A DNA stretch of 64,000 nucleotides from Geopsychrobacteraceae bacterium (GCA_963662315.1 OY759353.1:1280001-1344000), one strand, 5' to 3'; positions 46,782 to 56,949 are shown, counted from the first letter of the stretch. Notes: generated by a model not told the origin, from the letters alone. Numbers and translations are program-made.

Positions 46782-49073
46782 ATGACAGCAGAGGATATTC
46801 AACAATTTGCCCAGCAACTGGCCAGCTGGTCTCACTCAATTATCGAACTGGCCCGTCTGCCGTTTCGCCGGGTGGAAACGTACCCCAAGATCAGCACAGA
46901 CATTGGGACCATTCAGCCACCTCTGGTTTTCTGGATCAACCGCCAGAGCTTAATGGCTGGCGGTATCCTGCTGATTCCGGAAAAGGATGTAGAGCAATCG
47001 CTCACCCAAGGCAAGGCTTGTGGTGAAGCTCTGGGCCTTAACCACTTTGTCACCTGGGAAACATTACAAGTCAGAATCTGGAAAATCAGCGGGCAGGATG
47101 TCAGCGAAGAGCGTTGCCTGCCCCTGCAGGCTCCCGATCAGCCCGACACCTTTCGCTATTTACTCGAAGACGTCCTTAACGCGCTTAAACTTCTTGCCAT
47201 TCTGGGTGCCGTTCCGCCGCAACAGTTGGCACCCCAATATTTCAACAATTTGTTCCAGATCACGCTGGAGCAGACGGCTCCAAGCCTAATTGAGGAATTT
47301 CGCAAGTTACGCTCAGAACACGACACCGTCAGAGCTCTTGACCTGGACCTCAAGGCCCATGAGGCAAACCGGCTGTTCCTGCTGAAAATTCTGGCCTTGC
47401 TGTTGTTTGACAAGCACCCGGAAGCAACCCAGCCGGAAAATCTTGAAAACACCATTAACAACAGTTTAGCCTACCTGCCAGCAGAGCTAAGCTCGATTCT
47501 GTTGCAGTCCAATGTGCCTGAAGCTCCACAGCTCCCGTTTGAAGCCGCCGTCGGTTTTCACCACCTGCTCATGCGTCTGCAACAGCTCAACTGGGTCTCT
47601 GACACCAGCAAAGCGGTTCAAAGTCTGGACAAACTCATGTTGAGCTGGTATGGCCGCGAATACATATGTACCGCTGGCGGTATCTGTATTTATCCTGAAG
47701 CTCCACAACATGAAAATTTCAGCCACTGCCTTCTGTCCGATCAACTACCAATACTCGCAGCAACGGGGTTGTTTGCCCGCGCGGCACAACAGAAACTGCC
47801 AAAGTTGATCCATGGGCCTGTTTTTCACTATGACCCGGAACCTTCAGAGAGTGGCATGCTTACAGCCCGCCTATTGAATCAACGCCCTCTCACCGGAGGA
47901 GAGCGACAGGAGATCGCCATCGGCCTGCGCAGAGCATGGCCCAGTCGACGTTTTACCATAAGGGCCGGGCAACCCTACTGGCTCTGGGAATGTATTTACC
48001 TGATGGGAATAATGCCACAACAAGCGCTTCTTCAGCTTGAAGTCCCTCTTCAGGCCTTGCAGTCTTCTGGGGACGATGTGTTCTGGCAGATCCTCTCGGA
48101 ACATTTTTCTATCAGTCGGATTGAGCAAAGCACTCCTGAAAACGTTATGCTGCAGCTGACAAAAACGGATGAAACGTCAGCCTCTTGCACCATCGTTCAT
48201 GAAGGGGAGCCACGCAATCTGGATCTCTATGACTGTGATACTGTCATAAGAGAACAGGTTCTATTGGCCTTACTGCTGCCTGATGATATTTTTGCCCTGC
48301 TCGGAAAGGAACTTCTGTGGCCCACAGAAAAAAACAGCAGCACAACCAGCGGGGAAATTGAATTATTTAGCCGCAGCACCTTATTTCAATTGTTTATAAG
48401 ATTGCTGACAGTACCAGGGAAAAAAGCTCAGGAACTTCCCGTTGAGCACATTCCCCTTCCTGACAGTCACTACCTTAAAGAACTACAGTCGCTGTGGCAG
48501 CAACATCATAAGGAGCGTAAAAGGCCAGAGATCGACCAGATTCTGGCAGAACTTTTAAATTGTCCGGGCCTACAGAACCTGACGATTCCTCGCTATAATG
48601 TTCAAAGCAGTCAGCAAGCAATGTCTACCGATATCCCTGAGGATATCAGCAGGCAGATTAAAGATCAGATTTTTGCTCACGGCTGCCCTGACTTTCCCGA
48701 GCAATATTTGTATTTTCTCGACCACCCAAAGCTTGAGAAATTTCGTTTTACGCCACCGCTGCAGGCCAAAGGAAACATTCTGGGTCAATTTGAGCTTGCA
48801 GATGCTGACGGAAAACTGATTGAAGGGTATGGAGAAGAACTTGAACAGACCCTGCTGATCTGCTCTGCCATTGGAAAAAACAAACCAGAACTGCCAACGG
48901 ACAGGTATCAGCTGACAACGCTGCTTGAATACTACAAAAAGGACTTAAACAGTTTGTACAAAACCCTGGAACAGGAATGCTACAGCCTGATCGGCAACCC
49001 CCAGACTGCCAAAAAACAAATCGTAAAAATCTGGCGAGAATTGAAGCTTCCGGACCCTTTATGGTTCAAGTAG
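46782..49073 (+). CDS. Hypothetical protein resembling a degenerate Type IIG restriction-modification enzyme (nuclease and N6-MTase catalytic motifs not recognisable)
   Basis: Intact 763-aa ORF 12 nt after ruvB; pattern similarity judged by eye only (see findings). Confidence 0.6.
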   Translation: MTAEDIQQFAQQLASWSHSIIELARLPFRRVETYPKISTDIGTIQPPLVFWINRQSLMAGGILLIPEKDVEQSLTQGKACGEALGLNHFVTWETLQVRIWKISGQDVSEERCLPLQAPDQPDTFRYLLEDVLNALKLLAILGAVPPQQLAPQYFNNLFQITLEQTAPSLIEEFRKLRSEHDTVRALDLDLKAHEANRLFLLKILALLLFDKHPEATQPENLENTINNSLAYLPAELSSILLQSNVPEAPQLPFEAAVGFHHLLMRLQQLNWVSDTSKAVQSLDKLMLSWYGREYICTAGGICIYPEAPQHENFSHCLLSDQLPILAATGLFARAAQQKLPKLIHGPVFHYDPEPSESGMLTARLLNQRPLTGGERQEIAIGLRRAWPSRRFTIRAGQPYWLWECIYLMGIMPQQALLQLEVPLQALQSSGDDVFWQILSEHFSISRIEQSTPENVMLQLTKTDETSASCTIVHEGEPRNLDLYDCDTVIREQVLLALLLPDDIFALLGKELLWPTEKNSSTTSGEIELFSRSTLFQLFIRLLTVPGKKAQELPVEHIPLPDSHYLKELQSLWQQHHKERKRPEIDQILAELLNCPGLQNLTIPRYNVQSSQQAMSTDIPEDISRQIKDQIFAHGCPDFPEQYLYFLDHPKLEKFRFTPPLQAKGNILGQFELADADGKLIEGYGEELEQTLLICSAIGKNKPELPTDRYQLTTLLEYYKKDLNSLYKTLEQECYSLIGNPQTAKKQIVKIWRELKLPDPLWFK

Positions 49074-49172
49074 TTTTCGGTCAGGAAACCATCATCCTGA
49101 GTTGAGAACTGATGCGTTGTTGCAAACAGAATCTCTGTTAATCCTGTCCATATTTTTCAAGGACATATTTGT

Positions 49173-49736
49173 ATGCGAATATTACTTCATATATGCTGCG
49201 GGAATTGCGCTATCTACCCGGTCAGTATGCTGCGTGAACAGAATCATGACATCACTGGGTACTTTTTTAACAATAATATCCACCCTTATCAGGAGTTTGC
49301 CAGAAGGCTTGAAACAACCAGGAACTACGCCGAAAAGGTCAACCTTCCCCTTGTTTGCAATGAGAACTACGAGCTGGAAAACTTCCTGACCAATGTCGCC
49401 CAGGATCCTGCGAATCGATGTAAATACTGTTATCGCTCGCGACTTATGGCTACCGCCCAACACGCCCACAAGCTCGGGTTTGAAGGCTTCACCACGACGC
49501 TGCTCTATTCTCGTTATCAGAAGCATCAGGACATCCTTGAATACGGAATGCAACTAGCCACAGAGTTCAACCTGACATTTCACTATGAAGACTATCGGGT
49601 CGGCTGGAATGAAGGGATCCGGATTTCCAAAGAAATGGGGCTGTACCGTCAGCAATATTGCGGCTGTATTTATTCAGAAAAAGATCGGTATTATCCTAAA
49701 AAAAACAAGTTGGGTCGTGGTCCTGATAAAGGATAA
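49173..49736 (+). CDS. queH: Epoxyqueuosine reductase QueH (DUF208)
   Basis: LLHICC..C, N.NIHP..E...R, RC..CY..RL, FTTTL, YRQQYCGCIYS. Confidence 0.9.
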   Translation: MRILLHICCGNCAIYPVSMLREQNHDITGYFFNNNIHPYQEFARRLETTRNYAEKVNLPLVCNENYELENFLTNVAQDPANRCKYCYRSRLMATAQHAHKLGFEGFTTTLLYSRYQKHQDILEYGMQLATEFNLTFHYEDYRVGWNEGIRISKEMGLYRQQYCGCIYSEKDRYYPKKNKLGRGPDKG

Positions 49737-49945
49737 AAATAACGCATCCCTTAAGGCGCCTGTAAAAATAGTATAACTTTATGATATCCTTTAACTAGTC
49801 ATCGCCGGCCCTATTCAGGAGAAGGCGAATCTGTAGGCACTGGTAAACAAAGCGATGACCCAATACCAGAGCCTGTTGTTTCAATAATGGATGGTGGTCC
49901 GGTTGCAGATAAAACCTATTGTTCTGAACAAAATGGAGGATTCAA

Positions 49946-50248
49946 ATGCTTGAACTTATTGAAAAAACCATATTAGCCGGGATTGGAACCTTAGCTCTTA
50001 CCCAGAAGAAAGCCGAAGAACTTAAAGACGACCTGAAAGAGCGCCTCAACCTATCTGAAGAAGAAGGTAAAAAACTGCTGGATAAACTGCAGAGCGCCAT
50101 CAAAGAGAATCAGGCCAAGCTTGAGGAAATGGCACAGGCTGAAGTTAAAAAAGCTTGTGAGCGTGTCGGGCTGGTGACTGAAGAAGAAGTCAGCAAGCTT
50201 AAAAAACGTATCGATCAGCTGGAAAAAAAACTTAACGCTCAGGAATAG
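49946..50248 (+). CDS. Phasin-like/PhaF-family coiled-coil protein
   Basis: 'LAGIG.LALTQKKAEEL...L..EEGK.L', 'GLVT.EE...L..RI..LE'; GGAGG RBS. Confidence 0.7.
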   Translation: MLELIEKTILAGIGTLALTQKKAEELKDDLKERLNLSEEEGKKLLDKLQSAIKENQAKLEEMAQAEVKKACERVGLVTEEEVSKLKKRIDQLEKKLNAQE

Positions 50249-50263
50249 CCAGATAACGCCAAT

Positions 50264-51955
50264 ATGTCACCAATAAACCGGATAAACCGAAACATTCGCT
50301 CCCTGAAACGTTACCGTCAAGTATTGACCATTCTCATCAAGTATGGTTTTGGCCACATTGTCGATCAACTGAACATCGACTATTATTTGCGGCTCGGAAA
50401 ACGCATTGTTTCATTGGGAACGGCGTCAAAGGATATTGAGCGACTCACTCAGGGTGCCAGAGTCCGGCTGGCACTTGAAGAGCTAGGCCCGACGTTTATC
50501 AAACTGGGGCAGCTCCTGTCAACCCGTCCCGATCTGCTGTCCACAGAAGTTATTGAAGAACTGCAAAAACTGCAGGATCATATCCCTGGAGTACAGTACG
50601 AAGAAATAGCGGCTGTTATCCATCAGGAACTCGGCTATCCGATTGAGGAGCTTTTCCAGACCTTTGACAATCAACCTTTGGCAACAGCCAGCATTGCCCA
50701 AGTCCACCGCGCCACGTTGCCCAGCGGTGAGGAGGTCGTCTGCAAAGTCCGGAGGCCGGGAATTGAAAGCATCATCATGACCGATATGGACATTATGATG
50801 GGTCTGGCCTACCTGATTGAAAAACACTTACCAGGTGGAGATGTTTATGATCCGATTGGCCTGGTCAAAGAGTTCCGCCGGGCCATTAACCGCGAACTTG
50901 ATTTTACCAGCGAAGGACGTACCACTGACCGCTTCTTGCTGAATTTTCAAAATGACACCAGTGTTAAAATTCCTAAGGTATTCTGGAGTTTTACGGGAAG
51001 AGCTGTTCTCACTTTGGAATATCTCGACGGGATTAAAATATCGGACCTCAAAACCCTCAATGAGCTTGGTTACGATCAGAAGAAAATTGCCCAGCGAGGA
51101 GCCGATAACTTTCTTAAACAGGTCTTTATTCATGGCTTGTTTCACGCTGATCCCCACCCCGGCAATCTGAAGGTCTTGCCCGACAATGTCATTGGAATTC
51201 TCGATTTCGGCATGGTTGGCAGGTTGGATGAAGACACCAAGTACCAGTTGACAGAGTTGCTGTTATCGATACTTCGCCGCGATGTTGATCATATTATTTC
51301 GCAACTGGTTTACTCCGGTGATCTGCACGATGAACAAAATTTGCGCGGATTAAAACGTGACCTGACCGAGTTTATCGACGATTACTATGACATTCTTCTG
51401 GAAGATTTGAAGGTCGGCAAGCTGCTTATCGACTTTATTGATATTCTTACTGAATATCAGATTAAATTCCCTGCCAACCTGATGTTATTATCACGCGCAT
51501 TAATCGCTATGGAAGGTTTGGGCCGGCAACTCGACCCGGATTTCAATATGGTCGATCAACTCAAACCCTTTGCGGAAAATATCGTAAAAGAAAAGTTTTC
51601 AGCAGGTTATATCGGCAAGGAATTGACCAAGGTCATCCAGTCCTACCAGGCGCTCGGGAAAAGTCTACCTCTCGACATTAAAGAATTCATCAATCGGATC
51701 AATCGAAACAAATTCAAACTGGATCTCGAGCACCGCGGCCTGGAAAGCCTCATCCTTAATCTTGACAAGTCAAGTAACCGCATTTCTTTCAGTCTGATTA
51801 TTGCCGCCTTAATCGTCGGATCCTCTCTGATTATCCAGATAGACAAAGGGCCCATGCTGTTTGGATTTCCTGTGCTTGGTCTGCTCGGCTATACCGTGGC
51901 CGGCCTGCTCGGCTTTGGCCTGGCCATAGCCATTTTACGTTCGGGTCGTCTTTAA
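50264..51955 (+). CDS. AarF/ABC1/UbiB atypical kinase
   Basis: ELGPTFIKLGQ (KxGQ), ATASIAQVH, KV.RP, ELDF..E, FHADPHPGN, DFGMVG; C-terminal TMs. Confidence 0.92.
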   Translation: MSPINRINRNIRSLKRYRQVLTILIKYGFGHIVDQLNIDYYLRLGKRIVSLGTASKDIERLTQGARVRLALEELGPTFIKLGQLLSTRPDLLSTEVIEELQKLQDHIPGVQYEEIAAVIHQELGYPIEELFQTFDNQPLATASIAQVHRATLPSGEEVVCKVRRPGIESIIMTDMDIMMGLAYLIEKHLPGGDVYDPIGLVKEFRRAINRELDFTSEGRTTDRFLLNFQNDTSVKIPKVFWSFTGRAVLTLEYLDGIKISDLKTLNELGYDQKKIAQRGADNFLKQVFIHGLFHADPHPGNLKVLPDNVIGILDFGMVGRLDEDTKYQLTELLLSILRRDVDHIISQLVYSGDLHDEQNLRGLKRDLTEFIDDYYDILLEDLKVGKLLIDFIDILTEYQIKFPANLMLLSRALIAMEGLGRQLDPDFNMVDQLKPFAENIVKEKFSAGYIGKELTKVIQSYQALGKSLPLDIKEFINRINRNKFKLDLEHRGLESLILNLDKSSNRISFSLIIAALIVGSSLIIQIDKGPMLFGFPVLGLLGYTVAGLLGFGLAIAILRSGRL

Positions 51956-51982
51956 TCCCCTCTTACAACCCAATCCCCTGTG

Positions 51983-52031
51983 GTGTGTACGGCACACACT
52001 CTCATCATTTTCGTGTAGCAGTTGCAACACG
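51983..52031. promoter_or_regulatory. Two palindromes, candidate enhancer (bEBP) sites upstream of lpxC
   Basis: GTGTGT-N5-ACACAC (51983-51999) and CGTGT-N10-ACACG (52012-52031). Confidence 0.5.
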
Positions 52032-52098
52032 GCCCTTTCAAAACGCAGCCGTCTTATAATTTCCCGAACAATATTGGATCCTTACATGAAATAAATTA

Positions 52099-52115
52099 TT
52101 GGCAAGCGATTTGCA
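52099..52115 (+). promoter_or_regulatory. Sigma54 promoter of lpxC
   Basis: TTGGCAAGCGATTTGCA, near-perfect TGGCAC-N5-TTGCA. Confidence 0.85.
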
Positions 52116-52165
52116 TATTGAAATTTTCACAATATACCTCGCTTTATAAATAGATCGGAAAAACC

Positions 52166-53095
52166 ATGATTCTTCAAAAGACCATCGCCAAGGTAACAAC
52201 AATTTCTGGAATCGGGCTCCATTCAGGGGCACGTATTGATATGAAACTTCGCCCAGCAGGGGAAAACACAGGGATCGTTTTTCACCGTACGGATGGCGAG
52301 CAGGTTGTTGACATCAAAGCCTGTTCGGAAAATGTTGTTGATACACGCATGGCGACTGTTATCGGCCGCCAGGGATTATCGGTCTCGACGATAGAACATT
52401 TCATGGCCGCCCTGGCCGCTTTTGGTATCGACAATCTGCATGTCGACATCAATGGCCCGGAAGTTCCAGTTCTTGATGGCAGCGCAGCACCCTTTATCCG
52501 TGAAATCCAACAGGCAGGTGTCACCTCGTTGAACGCCAGTCGCAAATTTATTGCGATTCGCAAACCACTTGAAATCATAGAAGGCGAAAAACGGATCAGC
52601 ATCATTCCGTCCCGTTTCTTCCGCATTTCATTCGATATAGCATTTGATCATGCTGCGATCGGGGTCCAGAATTACAGCCTCAAATTTTCTACCGAAAGTT
52701 TCTGTAAAGAAGTTGCGGCAGCAAGGACCTTTGGCTTCCTTCATGAGGTTGAGTATCTGAAAGCGAACGGTCTGGCTCGTGGAGGATCTCTTGACAACGC
52801 TGTCGTTATTGATGACAACGGCATCATGAATCCCGAAGGGTTACGCTACAGCAATGAGTTTGTACGCCATAAAATACTTGATGCCTGCGGTGATTTCAGC
52901 CTGATCGGATCCCCAATTTTAGGACATATCAAAGCATTTAAAGCCGGTCATGACCTCAATGCAAAAATGGTCAGAAAAATTGAAGAGAACCCTAACTGCT
53001 GGACGTACGTTGAATTCAACGAGCAGGCGCTCAAAGAAGCTCAACGTGGCAATGTCAAAGCTTACGCCGGTGATCTAGCGTGGCACAAAGCTTAA
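52166..53095 (+). CDS. lpxC: UDP-3-O-acyl-N-acetylglucosamine deacetylase
   Basis: GIGLHSG, STIEH, EVPVLDGS, ARTFGF, GGSLDNAVV, EFVRHKILD..GD, KAGH. Confidence 0.97.
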   Translation: MILQKTIAKVTTISGIGLHSGARIDMKLRPAGENTGIVFHRTDGEQVVDIKACSENVVDTRMATVIGRQGLSVSTIEHFMAALAAFGIDNLHVDINGPEVPVLDGSAAPFIREIQQAGVTSLNASRKFIAIRKPLEIIEGEKRISIIPSRFFRISFDIAFDHAAIGVQNYSLKFSTESFCKEVAAARTFGFLHEVEYLKANGLARGGSLDNAVVIDDNGIMNPEGLRYSNEFVRHKILDACGDFSLIGSPILGHIKAFKAGHDLNAKMVRKIEENPNCWTYVEFNEQALKEAQRGNVKAYAGDLAWHKA

Positions 53096-53109
53096 CGGCG
53101 ATAAACTAA

Positions 53110-53152
53110 ATAAAAACAAAAAAGCAGCCCTATGGCTGCTTTTTTGTTTTTA
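53110..53152 (+). terminator. Intrinsic terminator after lpxC
   Basis: AAAAACAAAAAAGCAGCC-CTAT-GGCTGCTTTTTTGTTTTT. Confidence 0.85.
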
Positions 53153-53287
53153 TCTCCTTTTACTTTCAGTCATACTGCTGAAACCATTAGGTCATCCGTT
53201 TTTTTCAGCTAAAATAGCATCATAACTAAGTCTTCTTTAGTCGATACTCAATTTTACCATTATTTGTCTTCAGGCTGACGATTGGCA

Positions 53288-55510
53288 ATGAATACAGAAA
53301 AAATAAAGGATCCGTCTAAACGGAGAAGAAAGGAACTTCTTCTAACCGTTTTTGCCGCCATCCTGATTATCATCATTCCGCAATTTGAAGATCAACTGTT
53401 CAAATTGACGACGCAATTACCTATCAGTAACAGCATTATCGCCCTTGCGGTGATTAACATCAATATCCTTCTGGTTCTGCTCTTCCTGTTCCTGATCTTC
53501 AGAAATGTCTTCAAACTGGTTCTGGAACGAAAACGCGGCGTCCCAGGCTCCAGGCTCAGAAGTAAACTTGTCGGCGCCTTTATCGCCCTGTCACTTATCC
53601 CGACCATGCTGCTGTTTTTTGTCTCGGCCGGATTCATTAGCAACAGCATCGACAGTTGGTTTAACAATCAGGTTGAACAGGCGTTAGATGAATCCCTCGA
53701 AGTCGCGCAAACCTACTACCAGAATTCTGAAACCAATGCGCTGTATTATGCGGATCAGCTAAGCCGTATCATTAAGGAAGAAAAATTACTCAACGAAGCC
53801 AATCTCCCCAAACTCAAAAAACTGATTGTTGCCAAACAGGAAGAGTATAATCTTGGTATTGTTGAAGTTTTCTCTGCAACTCATGAAGAACTGGTGCGTG
53901 TCGCCAACCCCAAAATTCCCATAATCGATATTACCGAAGCCACCTCGGACCCGGTGCGTGAAGGATTACAGGGCATCCGTTTTTCGCAAATATCACCTGT
54001 CGGCAAAGCTGACCTTATTCGCGGTATTGTGCCGGTGCAGTCCAACTGGAATGCCAAAGATATTGTCGGAGTTGTGGTGGTTAACTATTATGTCCCCTAC
54101 TCCCTGATTAACAAGATGAAGGAAATTGCATCATCTGTTGACCAGTACAAATTGACTAAGTCCATCAAAGGACAGATTCAACAAAGCTATGTGATTGTTC
54201 TGCTGCTGATCTCGTTGATCATCATTTTCCTGTCTACCTGGTTCGGCTTTCATCTTGCCCGCGGCATTACTGTACCAATCCAGGATCTTGCAGATGCGAC
54301 ATCGCGGGTTGCTTCCGGTGACCTGGATATTAAACTGGAAACGACCAGTACCGATGAAATCGGCACCCTGGTCAGCGCCTTCAACAAAATGACCGATGAT
54401 CTGCGGCGCAGCCGTCAGGAAATCAGTTTTGCCAATGAAGAATTGCAGCTTTCAAACCTTGAGCTGGACAGCCGCCGCAACTACATGGAAATCGTTCTGG
54501 CCAACGTTACCGCCGGGGTCATTTCTATTGACCGCAACGGAAAACTGACAACCATCAATAAATCCGCAGAAAACCTTCTACAATTTAAAGCAGGTCAGGT
54601 CCTGGGACAGGATTTCCGTTCGGTCATACCGGTACAGTACCAACCTAAAATAATGGATTTATTTAGAGAGCTATTTTATTCAGAAAAAGGTACGGTAAGA
54701 CAGCAACTGACGATCCCCATAGGTGCTGAAAAATATACTCTGATGATCAACCTGACAACCCTTAAGGACAATCAGAGCCATTTCCTTGGCACGGTTATCG
54801 TTTTTGACGACTTAACACAATTATACAAAGCTCAAAGAATGGCCGCATGGCGAGAAGTTGCAAGACGCATCGCCCATGAAATCAAAAATCCGTTAACCCC
54901 TATTCAATTGTCGGCTCAGCGGCTAAGAAGGCGCTATCTCAGTCGTTTTAGCAGCGAAGACAAAGTTTTTGATGAATGCACCCAGATGATTAGCCAACAG
55001 GTTGATGACCTGAAAAATCTGGTCAACGAATTTTCAAATTTTGCCCGCATGCCGGCCACCAAACCGACCGAAAACAATTTGAACGACGTTATTAATGAAT
55101 GCCTTCCACTCTACCGGGAAGGTCATAAAAATATTGCCTTTGAACATCATCTGTATCCTGAGTTACCAACAACTAAATTTGACCGGGAACAGATTAAACG
55201 AGTCGTCATAAACCTGCTGGAAAATTCAGTGGCAGCAGTCGCAGATGAAGGAACAATTACAGTTGAAACAGACTATAATGCCGAACTGCAGATTGTCTCC
55301 GTTTCGGTCGCGGATACCGGCTGCGGGGTCCCTCCTGAAGATAAAAGTCGCCTGTTTGAACCATACTTTTCTACCAAAAAAACCGGAACGGGGCTAGGAC
55401 TGGCCATTGTTTCCACCATCATTACCGATCATGGTGGCTACATACGCGTCAGAGACAACAAGCCGACTGGAACCGTTTTTACTATTGAACTACCAACCAC
55501 ATCAGCATAA
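53288..55510 (+). CDS. NtrY-like membrane sensor histidine kinase (HAMP, PAS, HisKA, HATPase)
   Basis: 'GSRLRSKLV..F..LSLIP', 'WREVARRIAHEIKNPLTPIQLSA.RL', 'DTG.G', 'FEPYFSTK..GTGLGL'. Confidence 0.9.
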   Translation: MNTEKIKDPSKRRRKELLLTVFAAILIIIIPQFEDQLFKLTTQLPISNSIIALAVININILLVLLFLFLIFRNVFKLVLERKRGVPGSRLRSKLVGAFIALSLIPTMLLFFVSAGFISNSIDSWFNNQVEQALDESLEVAQTYYQNSETNALYYADQLSRIIKEEKLLNEANLPKLKKLIVAKQEEYNLGIVEVFSATHEELVRVANPKIPIIDITEATSDPVREGLQGIRFSQISPVGKADLIRGIVPVQSNWNAKDIVGVVVVNYYVPYSLINKMKEIASSVDQYKLTKSIKGQIQQSYVIVLLLISLIIIFLSTWFGFHLARGITVPIQDLADATSRVASGDLDIKLETTSTDEIGTLVSAFNKMTDDLRRSRQEISFANEELQLSNLELDSRRNYMEIVLANVTAGVISIDRNGKLTTINKSAENLLQFKAGQVLGQDFRSVIPVQYQPKIMDLFRELFYSEKGTVRQQLTIPIGAEKYTLMINLTTLKDNQSHFLGTVIVFDDLTQLYKAQRMAAWREVARRIAHEIKNPLTPIQLSAQRLRRRYLSRFSSEDKVFDECTQMISQQVDDLKNLVNEFSNFARMPATKPTENNLNDVINECLPLYREGHKNIAFEHHLYPELPTTKFDREQIKRVVINLLENSVAAVADEGTITVETDYNAELQIVSVSVADTGCGVPPEDKSRLFEPYFSTKKTGTGLGLAIVSTIITDHGGYIRVRDNKPTGTVFTIELPTTSA

Positions 55511-55534
55511 TAACCGCTATAAGAGGGCGTTTTA

Positions 55535-56908
55535 ATGAAGCATGTTTTGATTGTAGATGATGAAGCGAGCATCAGACAAAGTCTTGAGGGGATTCTTGAA
55601 GACGAAGGATTCAGGACATCATTTGCAGCCACAGGGGAAGAGTGCCTCAACGTCATTCAGGCAGAAGATCCTGATTTGGTTCTGCTCGATATCTGGATGC
55701 CGGGAATTGATGGTCTGGAAACCTTAAAAGCTATCAAGCAGAAAAGGCCTGATCAGCTCGTGGTCATGATGAGCGGCCATGGTACTATTGAAACAGCCGT
55801 TAAAGCCACCCGGTTAGGCGCCTATGATTTCATAGAGAAACCTCTTTCCCTGGAAAAAGTTCTGCTCTCTATTCAGAACGGTCTGAAAATAGGCGACCTG
55901 GTCGCAGAAAATACCGCCCTGAGGCAGAAGATCAATAAAGAATACCAGATGATTGGCGCCAGCCCGGCTGTAGAACGCCTTAAACAACAAATCAAAGTCG
56001 CCGCCCCTAGTTCCGGCTGGGTACTGATTACCGGAGAAAATGGTACCGGCAAAGAATTGGTTGCCAGAGCAATCCATAATCAGTCTAACCGTAACGATAA
56101 ACCGTTCATTGAGGTCAACTGCGCCGCCATTCCTGAAGAGCTTATCGAATCAGAGCTGTTCGGACACGAAAAAGGTGCATTTACAGGAGCTACTGCGGCC
56201 AGGAAAGGCAAATTTGATTTGGCCAATACCGGCACCCTGTTTCTCGATGAAATAGGTGATATGAGCCTTAAAACCCAGGCAAAGATTCTTCGCATCCTTC
56301 AGGAGCGTAAATTTGAACGTGTCGGTGGCAGCCGCACTATCGAGGTTGACGTTCGTGTTATTGCCGCTACCAATAAAAATCTAAGAGAAGAGATAGAGTT
56401 GGGTAATTTCAGGGAAGATTTATATTTCAGGCTAAACGTTCTTCCCTTTGTTGTCCCGCCACTGCGCAGTCGCAAAGAAGATATTCCTCGCCTGTGTAAA
56501 CACTTTCTTCATTATTTCTGTGGAAAAGAAAGCAGAGAAATCAAAACCATTTCCAGTGAGGCCATGCAAGCCCTTGTACAGTACCGCTGGCCAGGGAATA
56601 TCCGCGAGCTGAAAAACCTTATTGAACGGCTGGTCATCATGACTCCTGACCTTGAAATAACACTAGAAGATATTCCCCATGAAATACTGAAAGTACATAA
56701 TACTGCTGAAAGCAGCTCCTCAGCAGAAATGGTAGATGAAATGCCTGACTCCTACCGTGATGCTAAAGAAATGTTTGAAAAACAATTCTTGCTTGAGAAG
56801 CTAAGGAAAAACAACTGGAATGTATCAAGAACGGCAGAGGAGATTGGACTCGAGCGCTCAAACCTCCATCGTAAAATCAAAGCTTACGGGATAGAGTCTG
56901 AAGTGTAA
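55535..56908 (+). CDS. NtrX/NtrC-like sigma54-dependent response regulator
   Basis: REC (LLDIWMP), [28 protein letters not shown], Fis HTH '[19 protein letters not shown]'. Confidence 0.93.
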   Translation: MKHVLIVDDEASIRQSLEGILEDEGFRTSFAATGEECLNVIQAEDPDLVLLDIWMPGIDGLETLKAIKQKRPDQLVVMMSGHGTIETAVKATRLGAYDFIEKPLSLEKVLLSIQNGLKIGDLVAENTALRQKINKEYQMIGASPAVERLKQQIKVAAPSSGWVLITGENGTGKELVARAIHNQSNRNDKPFIEVNCAAIPEELIESELFGHEKGAFTGATAARKGKFDLANTGTLFLDEIGDMSLKTQAKILRILQERKFERVGGSRTIEVDVRVIAATNKNLREEIELGNFREDLYFRLNVLPFVVPPLRSRKEDIPRLCKHFLHYFCGKESREIKTISSEAMQALVQYRWPGNIRELKNLIERLVIMTPDLEITLEDIPHEILKVHNTAESSSSAEMVDEMPDSYRDAKEMFEKQFLLEKLRKNNWNVSRTAEEIGLERSNLHRKIKAYGIESEV

Positions 56909-56949
56909 TTAGTCGGCCCTGAAAAAATTAGTCTGATTCAATTGAAAAA

